Shown piece after piece: positions 26,485 through 35,987 of a stretch of DNA of 64,000 bases. Under the pieces are notes generated by a model. The model worked only from the letters and a program-made list of their open reading frames with translations. It ran no database searches and was not told where the DNA came from. The stretch comes from Alphaproteobacteria bacterium (GTDB lineage: Bacteria; Pseudomonadota; Alphaproteobacteria; SHVR01). Position numbers and translations under genes: made by a program. Where the stretch lies: assembly GCA_009694185.1 (NCBI GenBank), contig SHVR01000008.1, forward strand, positions 2,350-66,349. The letters are read 5' to 3'. Position 1 is the stretch's first letter. Each line of letters opens with the position of its first letter.

Positions 26485-27681
26485 ATGGCTCGCTTCCGCA
26501 CGCTCGACGATCTTGCCGTTGCCGGCAAACGCGTCCTCGTCCGGGTCGATTTCAACGTCCCCATGCGCGACGGCCGGGTGAGGGAGCCATCCCGCATCGA
26601 GCGCACGCTGCCCACCATTCGCGAGCTTCGCGAGAAGGGGGCGCGGGTGATTCTGCTTTCCCATCTCGGCCGGCCGGACGGCAAATATGATCCCGCCCTG
26701 TCGCAGAAACCGTTTGCGGACCTGCTCGCGACGTTGCTCGGCCGGCCGGTGGCGTTCGCCGCCGATTGCATTGGCCCGCCCGCCGAACGGGTGGTGGCGG
26801 CCTTGCCGGCGGGCGGCGTCGCCCTCCTGGAGAATGTCCGCTTTCACGCGGGCGAGGAGGCGAACGACAGGGGATTCGCTCAAGAGCTTGCCAGGCTCGG
26901 CGATCTCTATGTGAACGATGCCTTCGCGGTCTCCCACCGCGCCCACGCCTCGATGGCGGGGTTGGCGCATCTGTTGCCGGCAGCCGCCGGTCGGCTGATG
27001 CAGGCGGAGCTCGATGCGCTAGACGGCGCCCTCGACAATCCGGCTCGGCCCGTGGGCGCCGTGGTGGGCGGCGCCAAGGTATCGAGCAAGCTTGCCATTC
27101 TGGAGAACCTGGTGGGCCGGGTCGACGCGCTGTTTATCGGTGGCGGCATGGCCAACACGTTTTTGCACGCGCTCGGCAATGACGTCGGCCGGAGCCTCTG
27201 CGAGAAGGGCCTGGCCGAGACGGCGCGGCGCATCGCCGCCGTCGCCCGGGACGCCGGTTGTGCCCTGGTCCTGCCGGCGGATGGGGTGGTCGCGGCGGCG
27301 TTCCGGGCGGGCGAGCCAACGACCGTGGTGCCGGTGACGAAGGTGCCGGCCGAGGCCATGATCCTCGATGTGGGGCCGGCGACCGTCGCCGATATGATCC
27401 GGCGGCTCGATGGCTTGAAGACCCTGGTCTGGAACGGCCCGCTTGGCGCCTTCGAGGTGCCGCCCTTCGATGCCGGCACCAACGCCGTGGCGCGGGCGGC
27501 GGCGGCCCGCACCAGGGCCGGCCAACTGTTGAGCGTCGCGGGTGGCGGCGACACGGTCGCCGCCCTTGCCCATGCCGGGGTGGTCGATGATTTCAGCTAC
27601 GTCTCGACGGCGGGTGGCGCCTTCCTCGAATGGCTCGAGGGACGCGCGCTGCCCGGGGTAGCGGCGCTTTCCACGGAGTGA
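26485..27681 (+). CDS. pgk: phosphoglycerate kinase
   Basis: KRVLVRVDFNVPM, SHLGRP, and FIGGGMANTFL motifs. 398 aa. Confidence 0.95.
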   Translation: MARFRTLDDLAVAGKRVLVRVDFNVPMRDGRVREPSRIERTLPTIRELREKGARVILLSHLGRPDGKYDPALSQKPFADLLATLLGRPVAFAADCIGPPAERVVAALPAGGVALLENVRFHAGEEANDRGFAQELARLGDLYVNDAFAVSHRAHASMAGLAHLLPAAAGRLMQAELDALDGALDNPARPVGAVVGGAKVSSKLAILENLVGRVDALFIGGGMANTFLHALGNDVGRSLCEKGLAETARRIAAVARDAGCALVLPADGVVAAAFRAGEPTTVVPVTKVPAEAMILDVGPATVADMIRRLDGLKTLVWNGPLGAFEVPPFDAGTNAVARAAAARTRAGQLLSVAGGGDTVAALAHAGVVDDFSYVSTAGGAFLEWLEGRALPGVAALSTE

Positions 27682-27686
27682 CCGCC

Positions 27687-27944
27687 ATGCGAACGCTCGT
27701 CATGACCATCGGATCGGTGGCGATTGAGCCGGACGCCCGCGCCGTGGTCCAGGTGGGCGAGCTCGCCTTCTGGGTCGAGGGGGATTCGATCGCGATCGGC
27801 TATGGCCCGACCCCGATCTCCAAGGGTGACGAGATTCGCCTCGCGGCGCCGACCAACATCTGGGGAAAGGCCGTGGGCGGCGTGCGACGGCGGGCTAACG
27901 TCAAGGCGGGCCAGCCTATTCGCGTCGAGCGGAAAACCGGGTAG
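27687..27944 (+). CDS. small hypothetical protein, possibly a shortened cyclophilin-like-fold protein
   Basis: 85 aa. GELAFWVEGDSIAIGYGPTPIS...IWGKAV resembles the C-terminal half of cyclophilin-like (PF18050-type) proteins as I remember them. Confidence 0.35.
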   Translation: MRTLVMTIGSVAIEPDARAVVQVGELAFWVEGDSIAIGYGPTPISKGDEIRLAAPTNIWGKAVGGVRRRANVKAGQPIRVERKTG

Positions 27945-27947
27945 CCT

Positions 27948-29051
27948 TTAGTTGACGCGGCGCGGGGGGCCGGCCTCGCGGCGAATGAAGTCCACCGCCG
28001 CCGTGGCGCCGGCGAGCGTCGTATTTTCGAAGAAGGCCAGGACGGCGCCGATCGTCTTCGCGTCGAGCGGGGCTTGTGTCGGCTCGGCGCTGCGAAGCAG
28101 CACGAAAATCGACGCGAATTCGGCCTTCTCGATCCCGCTGGCGCGGCAGAGTGTCGCCAGGCTCCGGCCGCTCGGCTCGTAGGCCATGCGGCGCACCTTA
28201 GCAAGGTTCAGGCCGGTCACGCGGGAGAACAAGGCTTCGAACAGCGACACGTCGCCATGGCGGAGGACCTGGACGAAGAGCGCCGGCGAAATCGCGCCGG
28301 ATTGCGATAGATGGTCCGCGAGCGCGCCCGCCTCGCCCGCCTCGGAAGGCCCGCGATGGCGCAGCACGTCGTCGGCACTTCTGGCCAAGGCTTGGTCGAT
28401 CGCGGCGAGCGGCAAGTCGACACGGCTGGCGAGCCGGGCGCGGAGCGCACTCGATACCCAGCTCACCAGCCGGCGAGCCAGCACCGGATCGAGGTAGTGG
28501 CGATCGACCAGCGGCTGGTGCAGCTCCGGCGTGTTCCGGGACCGCTCGACCAGGAGCGCCATGGTGGCCGGCATGATCGCCGCCCGCTCGTTCCCGATGG
28601 TTGCCACCAGAACCGGGGTATTGCCGGTCTGAACGAGCGCGTCGCAAACCGCCGCGTTGAGCGGCTGGCGCATGGCGATGGCGAGGCGGTGACCGAGGGA
28701 GCGATGTTCGACAATCTCGATGAGATCGGGGTCGCTCAGGACGGGGCTGTTGAGGAGGACCGCGCGGGCCACGCCGATCGTGTCTTCCGCCAAGGCGCGG
28801 ACGATCTCGTGCGGGGCCTCGGGCATGGTGGACAGTTGCTGGGCCAGCGCCGCCCGGACCGACTGTTCGACGTCGCTCACCAGGCGATGAAAGATGTCGA
28901 GCATCAGTGTTTGCTCGACGGCCTTCAGGCTCGAACGTTGGTCGTGATAGAGATCGGCGACGGCGGCGGCCAGTCGCTCGCGCCCGGCGACCGACCTGTC
29001 GCGCGCCAGATCCAGGACGTGTTCGACCTCGCTATTGCTGCCCAGGTTCAT
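27948..29051 (-). CDS. DUF2336 domain-containing protein
   Basis: 367 aa of helical-repeat-like sequence (VRRMAYEPSG... LLNSPVLSDPDLIEIV). This matches my memory of the alphaproteobacterial DUF2336 family. Confidence 0.65.
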   Translation of the reverse strand: MNLGSNSEVEHVLDLARDRSVAGRERLAAAVADLYHDQRSSLKAVEQTLMLDIFHRLVSDVEQSVRAALAQQLSTMPEAPHEIVRALAEDTIGVARAVLLNSPVLSDPDLIEIVEHRSLGHRLAIAMRQPLNAAVCDALVQTGNTPVLVATIGNERAAIMPATMALLVERSRNTPELHQPLVDRHYLDPVLARRLVSWVSSALRARLASRVDLPLAAIDQALARSADDVLRHRGPSEAGEAGALADHLSQSGAISPALFVQVLRHGDVSLFEALFSRVTGLNLAKVRRMAYEPSGRSLATLCRASGIEKAEFASIFVLLRSAEPTQAPLDAKTIGAVLAFFENTTLAGATAAVDFIRREAGPPRRVN

Positions 29052-29510
29052 GTCCGATCTCGATCTTCGTCAGGCCCGACTTTGGCTCGGAAGCGGTTAA
29101 CGAACTGTAAAAATTGTGCGGCGAATGCTGCGACGAGCGCCAAATTGTGACCCGGAGTTTAACAAAATTTGCCGCCAATTAACTTGTTCGAAACCGGACG
29201 GGCGTTATGGATCGGCTAACTCTAGATTGTGGCCAGCCCTATGCAAATCCCACCCTTGACCATGATGTTGAAGGTTCCGGGCGTGCTTGCGCCGGCACGG
29301 GCGGGCGGGCCGGCGCCTGGCGTTGCTGTCAGGTCCGAATCCGAAAATGGCCAGGCGGCGACATTGCCGTCCTTGCGCGCCGCCCACAAAGTTGGGCCAA
29401 TACCCGCCGCGCCCAATCCGACTTTGCCGCGTGGCAGCCTGATCGATATTCGAGTTTGAGGGCGAGGTCGCGCGCGGCATGCTGGGCGCCTGGTCCGGAG
29501 ACGCACGGCC

Positions 29511-29954
29511 ATGCAACGCGACTTGTTCACCATCGGTTATCAGGGTTACGGCCTGGACGCCTTCATCGCCAGGTTACGGGCGAATAATGTGAGCCAACTG
29601 GTCGATGTGCGGGCCGTCGCCTGGTCGCGCAAGCCGGGCTTCGCCAAGCGCCAGCTTGCCGACGCGCTCGAAGCGGCCGGCATCGCCTACAGCCATGTCC
29701 AGGCCCTCGGCACACCCAAGGCCGGCCGCGCGGCGGCCAAGAGCGGCGACCGCCGGGCCTTTGAAACCCTGTTCCATGCCCACCTGGCCCGCCCCGAGGC
29801 CGTGGCTGCCGTGGCCGACGTTGGCGCCATGGCGACGGCGGCGCCCATCTGCCTGATGTGCCTGGAACGCGATCCCGGTGACTGCCACCGGACTCTGGTG
29901 GCACACGCGGTCACCCGGCACACCGGCCAGCGCGTCGTCGATATCGGCCCTTAG
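29511..29954 (+). CDS. DUF488 domain-containing protein
   Basis: LFTIGYQGYGLDAFIARLRANNVSQLVDVR...ICLMCLERDPGDCHR is the typical DUF488 pattern. Confidence 0.75.
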   Translation: MQRDLFTIGYQGYGLDAFIARLRANNVSQLVDVRAVAWSRKPGFAKRQLADALEAAGIAYSHVQALGTPKAGRAAAKSGDRRAFETLFHAHLARPEAVAAVADVGAMATAAPICLMCLERDPGDCHRTLVAHAVTRHTGQRVVDIGP

Positions 29955-30904
29955 CGCGCCGCGTCGAGCCCCATCAGGCTCCGGGCGAAGTCCTGGGGAT
30001 CGAAGGGCCGGAGATCGTCCGCCTGTTCGCCAACGCCCACCGCATGCACCGGCAGGCCGAAGCGCTCGGCGAGCGCCACCAGCACGCCGCCCCGCGCCGT
30101 GCCATCCAGTTTGGTCACCACCAGGCCGGTCACCTGCACCATGTCGCGGAAAATCTGCACCTGATTGTGGGCGTTCTGCCCGGTCGTGGCGTCGAGGACC
30201 AGCAGCACGTCATGGGGTGCCTCGGGGTCGACCTTCTTCAGCACGCGGATGATCTTCTGCAATTCCGCCATCAGGTCCGCCTTGTTGTGCAGTCGGCCGG
30301 CGGTATCGACCAGGAGGCAGTCGACCCCGGCTTGCCGGGCCTGGCGGAGCGCGTCGAAGGCGAGGCCCGCGGCATCGGCGCCTGGCGATCCCGAGACGAC
30401 CGGCGAGCCGGTGCGCTCGCCCCAGATTTTGAGCTGCTCGACGGCGGCGGCGCGGAAGGTATCGCCGGCCGCCATGACCACCTGGCGCCCCTCGTCCCGG
30501 AAGCTCCGGGCGAGCTTGCCGATGGTGGTGGTTTTGCCGCTGCCGTTCACGCCGACCACCAGCACCACATGCGGCTTGTTGGTCGGCGCCAGCACCAGCG
30601 GCTTGGCGACCGGCGCCAGGATGGTGGCGATCGTGGCCGCCAGTGCCTCGCGCACATCATCGGCCGTCACGTCCCGGTCGAAATGACTCTGGCGGAGGGC
30701 GTGCACCAGTTTGGTGGCGGTCGCGGGGCCGAGATCCGCTTCGATCAGCAGCTCTTCGAGCTCTGCCAGGCTCGCATCGTCGAGGCGCTTGCGCGTGAGG
30801 ATGCGGGCGATGCCACCCGTCAGACGTTCCGTCGTCCGCTGGAGGCCCTCCTTGAGGCGGGCGAACCAGCCGCGTTTGGCTGGCGTCTCGTTGACTTCGC
30901 TCAC
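29951..30904 (-). CDS. ftsY: signal recognition particle receptor FtsY
   Basis: VVGVNGSGKTTTIGKLA, DTAGRLHNK and TKLDGTARGG are the SRP GTPase motifs. 317 aa. Confidence 0.9.
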   Translation of the reverse strand: MSEVNETPAKRGWFARLKEGLQRTTERLTGGIARILTRKRLDDASLAELEELLIEADLGPATATKLVHALRQSHFDRDVTADDVREALAATIATILAPVAKPLVLAPTNKPHVVLVVGVNGSGKTTTIGKLARSFRDEGRQVVMAAGDTFRAAAVEQLKIWGERTGSPVVSGSPGADAAGLAFDALRQARQAGVDCLLVDTAGRLHNKADLMAELQKIIRVLKKVDPEAPHDVLLVLDATTGQNAHNQVQIFRDMVQVTGLVVTKLDGTARGGVLVALAERFGLPVHAVGVGEQADDLRPFDPQDFARSLMGLDAAR

Positions 30905-32160
30905 GCCTCAATCCGACCTTGCAGGCGGCCGTCCTCGACCGCTCGGACCTGGGTGCGCACGATCGAGCCGGGTGCGACGCGGCGGTCGACGGTGACCGGC
31001 GCGTAATGCTCGCTGCGTCCCTCAAAGTCCCGCTCGACCAGGACGTCGGCGGTCCGGCCGATGCGCGTGGCGAGAAAGCGGCCCAGCGCCGCATCGCCCC
31101 GGGCGCGCAATCGGGCGGCCCGCTCGCGCCGGCATTCGCCCGCCACCTGCGGCATGCGCGCCGCCGGCGTGCCGGCGCGGGCCGAGAACGGAAACACATG
31201 CAGGAAAGCGAGGTCGCACTCCTCGATGAGCTCGACGCTCCGGGAGAACATCGCCTCGGTCTCGGTCGGGAAGCCGGCGATGATGTCGGCACCGAAAGCG
31301 GTGTCGGGCCGCAAGTCCCGGATTCGCCGGCAGAGCCGGATGGCGTCGGCGCGGCTGTGGCGCCGCTTCATGCGCTTTAGGACCAGATCGTCACCAGACT
31401 GCAAGCTGAGATGGAGGTGCGGCAGCAGGCGCGGTTCGCGGGCGATCACGTCGAGGAGATCGTCGTCCACCTCGACGGGATCGAGCGACGAGAGCCGAAG
31501 GCGCGGCAGTTCGGGCACCGCCCGGAGCACGCGCCGCACCATCTGACCGAGGCTCGGCCGGCCGGGCAGGTCGGGGCCGTAGGCGGTGATGTCGACCCCG
31601 GTCAGCACCACCTCATTGTGGCCATTCGCCACCAGACGCCGGACCTGATCGGCGATGTGGCCCATGGGCACACTCCGGCTCGGACCGCGGCCGAAGGGGA
31701 TGATGCAGAAGGTGCAGCGATGGTCGCAGCCCTGTTGCGCCTGGACGAAGGCGCGGGCCCGGCCGGCAAAGCCGTCGATGGGCTGAACGGTGGCGGCGCC
31801 GGCCGCCATGATATCGCCGGCACGAACCCGGGCCGGGGTCACTTCCGCCCAGACGCTCGGGTCGAGCTTCTCGGCGTTGCCCAGCACCTGGTCGACTTCC
31901 GGCATGGCGGCGAAGGCGGCCGGGTTTACCTGCGCCGCGCAACCGGTCACCACAATGCGCGCCTCGGGACGCTCGCGCCGGGCGCGCCGGATCGCCTGGC
32001 GTGCCTGGCGCTCGGCCTCGGCGGTGACGGCGCAGGTGTTGAAAATAATGGTATCGGGGGCATCCAGCGATCGGGCCGCGTCGGCGAGCCGGCGAATGAC
32101 GGCCGATTCGAAACTGTTCAATCGGCAGCCGAAGGTGACAATATCGCTCGACCCGCTCAT
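30901..32160 (-). CDS. mtaB: MiaB-like radical SAM methylthiotransferase (MtaB-type)
   Basis: FGCRLNSFES N-terminal motif, CDHRCTFCIIP radical SAM cluster motif, and a TRAM-like C-terminus. Confidence 0.8.
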   Translation of the reverse strand: MSGSSDIVTFGCRLNSFESAVIRRLADAARSLDAPDTIIFNTCAVTAEAERQARQAIRRARRERPEARIVVTGCAAQVNPAAFAAMPEVDQVLGNAEKLDPSVWAEVTPARVRAGDIMAAGAATVQPIDGFAGRARAFVQAQQGCDHRCTFCIIPFGRGPSRSVPMGHIADQVRRLVANGHNEVVLTGVDITAYGPDLPGRPSLGQMVRRVLRAVPELPRLRLSSLDPVEVDDDLLDVIAREPRLLPHLHLSLQSGDDLVLKRMKRRHSRADAIRLCRRIRDLRPDTAFGADIIAGFPTETEAMFSRSVELIEECDLAFLHVFPFSARAGTPAARMPQVAGECRRERAARLRARGDAALGRFLATRIGRTADVLVERDFEGRSEHYAPVTVDRRVAPGSIVRTQVRAVEDGRLQGRIEA

Positions 32161-32996
32161 CGGGCGGCAAGGAGAGCTGGATCGAAGGCGCCGGTGAAGC
32201 TGGTGGCAACGGGTCCGGTCATCAGCACATGGCCGTCATGGCGCCATTCGAGCCGGAGCGGGCCACCGTCGAGCAGGATTTCCGCGCGCCGTTCCGTCAG
32301 GCCACGCCTGGCCGCCGCGACCATGGCGGCCGCAGCGCCCGATCCGCAGGCGCGCGTGATGCCTACACCCCGCTCCCAGACCCTGAGCCGCAAACGCCCG
32401 GGCGAGAGCTGCTGGGCAACACCGATATTGGCCCGCTTCGGGAACATGGCGTGGTGCTCGAGCGCGGGTCCCAAGCTGGCGAGATCGACCGACTCGGCGT
32501 CGGCGACGAAGAACGTCGCATGGGGATTGCCGATATTGGTTGCGACCGGGTCCGAGAGCGGGCCCATGGCGAGCGGCACATGGTTGGTGTCGCAGGCCGC
32601 GGCGAGCGGGATGTCGTGCCAGTCGGTGCGGGCGAGGCCCATGTCCACGGTGACGTTGCCGCCCTCGGCCAGGCTGGCGTCAAGGCGGCCGGCCATGGTC
32701 TCGACGACGACCCGGTCGCGCCCGCTCTCTGCCATCAGCAGCGCCGCCACGCAGCGTGTGCCATTGCCGCATGCTTCCACTTCGCCGCCATCGGCATTGC
32801 GGATTTCCATGTAGGCGTCGGTGCCCGCCTGGCGCGCCGGGCGGACAATGATCAGCTGGTCGCAGCCGACCCCGGTGTGGCGGTCGGCGATCCCGCGCGC
32901 CGCCGCGTCGGCCAGGTCGAACGCCTCGCGGCGCGCGTCGAGCACGACGAAGTCGTTGCCGAGGCCATGCATCTTGATGAAAGCAACGCCGTTCAT
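32157..32996 (-). CDS. dapF: diaminopimelate epimerase
   Basis: FIKMHGLGNDFVVLD start and two active-site cysteines (EACGNGTRC, TRACGSGA). Confidence 0.9.
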   Translation of the reverse strand: MNGVAFIKMHGLGNDFVVLDARREAFDLADAAARGIADRHTGVGCDQLIIVRPARQAGTDAYMEIRNADGGEVEACGNGTRCVAALLMAESGRDRVVVETMAGRLDASLAEGGNVTVDMGLARTDWHDIPLAAACDTNHVPLAMGPLSDPVATNIGNPHATFFVADAESVDLASLGPALEHHAMFPKRANIGVAQQLSPGRLRLRVWERGVGITRACGSGAAAAMVAAARRGLTERRAEILLDGGPLRLEWRHDGHVLMTGPVATSFTGAFDPALLAAR

Positions 32997-33066
32997 CGGC
33001 CAGTCATAGGGCGGGCGGCGGCCCTAAGTCCAGCCGATTTCCGCCGCCGGCCTCGTGGCGGATTGG

Positions 33067-33267
33067 TTAGTCGCGGCCCCGGCCGCGCCAGAAGTCGTGG
33101 CTGCCGTCATACCGATTGGAACGGGTGTAGCCGCCGTGATGGCCGCCACCCTGCCAATTGCGGTGTGGGGCATAGATGGGGGCGCCGTAACCGCCGCCAT
33201 AGCCGTGACCATGGCCGTAGCAGCCGGCAAGCAGCGAGACGAGGGCAAGAACGACGACGATACGCAT
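33067..33267 (-). CDS. small Gly/His/Tyr-rich lipoprotein
   Basis: MRIVVVLALVSLLAGC lipobox, followed by YGHGHGYGGGYGAPIY...GGGHHGGY. Confidence 0.5.
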   Translation of the reverse strand: MRIVVVLALVSLLAGCYGHGHGYGGGYGAPIYAPHRNWQGGGHHGGYTRSNRYDGSHDFWRGRGRD

Positions 33268-33486
33268 GACACTCCACCTGTTTTTGGTCACCTGTTTTTG
33301 GCGACCTGATTTGGTGACAGGCAGGGTAATGCGATCTGTGCGCGGGTGGCCTTAAACCCCGTTCATGGGCGCGTTAATTTGAAACTTGAACAAAAGAGAA
33401 ATTATCGCTCTGAATCAAAATATTACGATCTTTATTTCGATCTTTTGGAGAAGTTGAGACAGGTTAAGGTTTGGTTAGCCTGGCGC

Positions 33487-33515
33487 TTGACAGGCCAGCG
33501 GCCGGTTTCTATGGT
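33487..33515 (+). promoter_or_regulatory. sigma-70-like promoter candidate upstream of ffh
   Basis: TTGACA (33487..33492), a 17-nt spacer, then TATGGT (33510..33515). It lies about 115 nt upstream of the ffh ATG. Confidence 0.35.
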
Positions 33516-33631
33516 CCGGCCGTCCCCAATGAGGTGACGAGAGGCTTTGCCGCCATGGCGGTCCGCCAGTCCGCGAGGTTCGCGCACTGGCGCGTGCACG
33601 CTTTGGCGAGCCCTCGTGACGGAGCGCGCGT

Positions 33632-34984
33632 ATGTTTCAGGCCTTGAGCGATCGGCTCGGCGGCGTCTTCGACCGCCTCAGGCGACGCGGCGCGCTCAAC
33701 GAGGGCGACGTCGATGCGGCGCTGCGTGAGATCCGGGTAGCCCTGCTCGAGGCCGATGTGGCGCTCGGCGTCGTTAAGCGCTTCGTTGACGAGGTGCGCG
33801 CGAAGGCCGTTGGCCAGCAGGTGCTGCGCAGCGTCACGCCCGGCCAGATGGTCGTCAAAATCGTCAACGACCATCTGGTCGAGATGCTGGGCGGCGAGGC
33901 GGTCGAGCTCAATCTGCGGGCCACGGCGCCGGCCGCCATTCTGATGGTGGGCCTGCAAGGTTCGGGCAAGACCACCAGCACGGCTAAGATCGCGCTCCGT
34001 CTCAAGGAGCGCGAACGCAAGAAGGTGCTGATGGCCTCGGTCGACGTGCACCGCCCGGCGGCCCAGGAACAGCTTGCCCAGTTGGGCCGACAGGCGGAGA
34101 TCGCCACACTCCCGGTTGTCTTTGGCGAGATGCCGGTGCAGATCGCCCGCCGCGCCATGGAAGTGGGCCGGCGCGAGGGCTACGACCTGGTCTTCATCGA
34201 CACGGCCGGGCGCCTGCATATCGACGACGCGCTGATGGACGAGGCGTGCCGGGTGCGCGACGCGGTGCAGCCGGTCGAGACACTCTTGGTGGCCGATGCC
34301 ATGACCGGCCAGGACGCCGTCAATGTGGCGACCGCTTTCAACGAGCGTATCGGCATCACCGGCATCGTGCTGACGCGGGTCGACGGCGATGCGCGCGGCG
34401 GCGCCGCCTTGTCCATGCGCGCCGTCACCGGCAAGCCGATCAAGCTCGTCGGCGTCGGCGAGAAACTTGACGCCCTCGAGGTGTTCCACCCCGACCGTAT
34501 TGCCAGCCGCATCCTCGGCATGGGCGATGTGGTGGGCCTGGTCGAGCGCGCCGCCGAGACGATCGAACAGGAAGAGGCCGAGAAGCTTGCGGCCAAGCTC
34601 GAAAAGGGCAATTTCGATCTGTCGGATTTCGGCAGCCAGCTGCGTCAGATGCGCAAGATGGGGGGGCTCTCCGGTCTCATGGCGATGCTGCCGAACGTCA
34701 AGGACGTGCAGCGCCAGATGGCCAATGCCGGTGTCAACGAAGCCATGCTGTCGCGCCAGGAGGCGATCATCCTGTCGATGACGGCAAAGGAGCGGGCGCG
34801 GCCGGAGCTCATCAAGGCATCGCGCAAGCAGCGCATCGCCACCGGCTCCGGCACCAAGGTGCAGGATGTGAACCGTCTCCTGAAGCAGTTTCAGCAGATG
34901 CAGACCATGATGAAGCGCGTCAACAAGCTCGGCCAGAAGGGTTTGATGCGGGCCGGTATGCCCGGCCTCATGGGGCCGCGCTGA
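33632..34984 (+). CDS. ffh: signal recognition particle protein Ffh
   Basis: GLQGSGKTTSTAKIA, DTAGRLHID and TRVDGDARGGAALS motifs, with a Met-rich M domain. Confidence 0.95.
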   Translation: MFQALSDRLGGVFDRLRRRGALNEGDVDAALREIRVALLEADVALGVVKRFVDEVRAKAVGQQVLRSVTPGQMVVKIVNDHLVEMLGGEAVELNLRATAPAAILMVGLQGSGKTTSTAKIALRLKERERKKVLMASVDVHRPAAQEQLAQLGRQAEIATLPVVFGEMPVQIARRAMEVGRREGYDLVFIDTAGRLHIDDALMDEACRVRDAVQPVETLLVADAMTGQDAVNVATAFNERIGITGIVLTRVDGDARGGAALSMRAVTGKPIKLVGVGEKLDALEVFHPDRIASRILGMGDVVGLVERAAETIEQEEAEKLAAKLEKGNFDLSDFGSQLRQMRKMGGLSGLMAMLPNVKDVQRQMANAGVNEAMLSRQEAIILSMTAKERARPELIKASRKQRIATGSGTKVQDVNRLLKQFQQMQTMMKRVNKLGQKGLMRAGMPGLMGPR

Positions 34985-35026
34985 CGGGATCAGGGATCAA
35001 CCTCCGAGGCAGAGGATAGCGACACG

Positions 35027-35377
35027 ATGGCATTGAAAATTCGCATGACGCGCGGCGGCGCCAAGAAGCGCCCCTTTTACCGGATCGTCGTCGCCGAGGG
35101 CAGCGCGCCACGCGACGGGCGGTTCCTCGAGCGGCTTGGCACCTACAATCCGATGCTGCCCAGCGAGCATCCGGAGCGCGTCGTACTCAATCTCGATCGC
35201 GTCAAGCACTGGCTCCAGCACGGCGCCACGCCCTCGGAGCGGGTCACGCGCTTTCTCGTGCAAGCCGATGTCGTCCCAGCCCCCGGCGCACCCAAGCAGA
35301 CCAAGCAGCAACTCCCCAAGGCCAAGGCGCAGGAGCGCCTGAAGGCGCGGCAGGCGCAGCCCACCGACGCCGGTTGA
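35027..35377 (+). CDS. rpsP: 30S ribosomal protein S16
   Basis: [23 protein letters not shown] is the canonical S16 N-terminus. Confidence 0.95.
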   Translation: MALKIRMTRGGAKKRPFYRIVVAEGSAPRDGRFLERLGTYNPMLPSEHPERVVLNLDRVKHWLQHGATPSERVTRFLVQADVVPAPGAPKQTKQQLPKAKAQERLKARQAQPTDAG

Positions 35378-35408
35378 CCGGCGGCGAGCGGGACTAGAGA
35401 GCAAGGCC

Positions 35409-35987
35409 GTGACGCCAGTGAATATCAGACCCGGGAACGAGACGGCGGATGCGGCCGAACGCCTGGTGTGCGTCGGCATCGTCGCCGGCGCCCATGGCGT
35501 GGGCGGTGCCTTCCGGGTCAAGACGTTCACCGTCCGGGCGGCCGATATAGCGACCTACGGGCCGGTTTCAGAGGCGGCCGGCGGCCGCGACTTCGAGCTC
35601 ACCCTGCTCTCCGTCAAGGGTGATATGGCGGTGGTGCGCGCGGCGGGCGTTCAGGATCGGGACGGGGCCGAGGCGTTGAGGGGCGTTCGCCTCCACGTCC
35701 CCAGACGCGCGCTCCCGGGTCCGGCGGCCGACGAGTTCTATCATGCCGACTTGATCGGGCTTCGCGTCGAGCTCGCCGACGGTAGGCCGATTGGCACGGT
35801 CAGGGCGGTCTTCGATTTTGGCGCCGGCGATCTCTTGGAAGTGGCGGGCGAGGGCGAGGACGCGCTGATGGTGCCGTTCAGCCGCGACACGGTTCCGGTG
35901 GTCGATCTCGCGGCCGGCCGGCTGGTGGTCGAACCGCTGCCGGGTCTCATCGAGGCGGCTTGCAAGACCGAGGGGGTGGCGCCATGA
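35409..35987 (+). CDS. rimM: ribosome maturation factor RimM
   Basis: [20 protein letters not shown] and PRC-barrel-like C-terminus. Position between rpsP and trmD. Confidence 0.85.
   Translation: MTPVNIRPGNETADAAERLVCVGIVAGAHGVGGAFRVKTFTVRAADIATYGPVSEAAGGRDFELTLLSVKGDMAVVRAAGVQDRDGAEALRGVRLHVPRRALPGPAADEFYHADLIGLRVELADGRPIGTVRAVFDFGAGDLLEVAGEGEDALMVPFSRDTVPVVDLAAGRLVVEPLPGLIEAACKTEGVAP

Noticed and set aside
29097-29111. A CtrA-box-like element, TTAA-N7-TAAA, upstream of the DUF2336 gene.
   Set aside because: The second half-site is imperfect, and a single occurrence in an AT-rich promoter region is expected by chance. The other TTAA pair is spaced 16 nt apart, not 7.
33346-33537. A 63-codon ORF across the AT-rich stretch upstream of ffh.
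   Set aside because: Its composition and codon usage are unlike any confident gene in the window. It has no Shine-Dalgarno and it overlaps the predicted ffh promoter.
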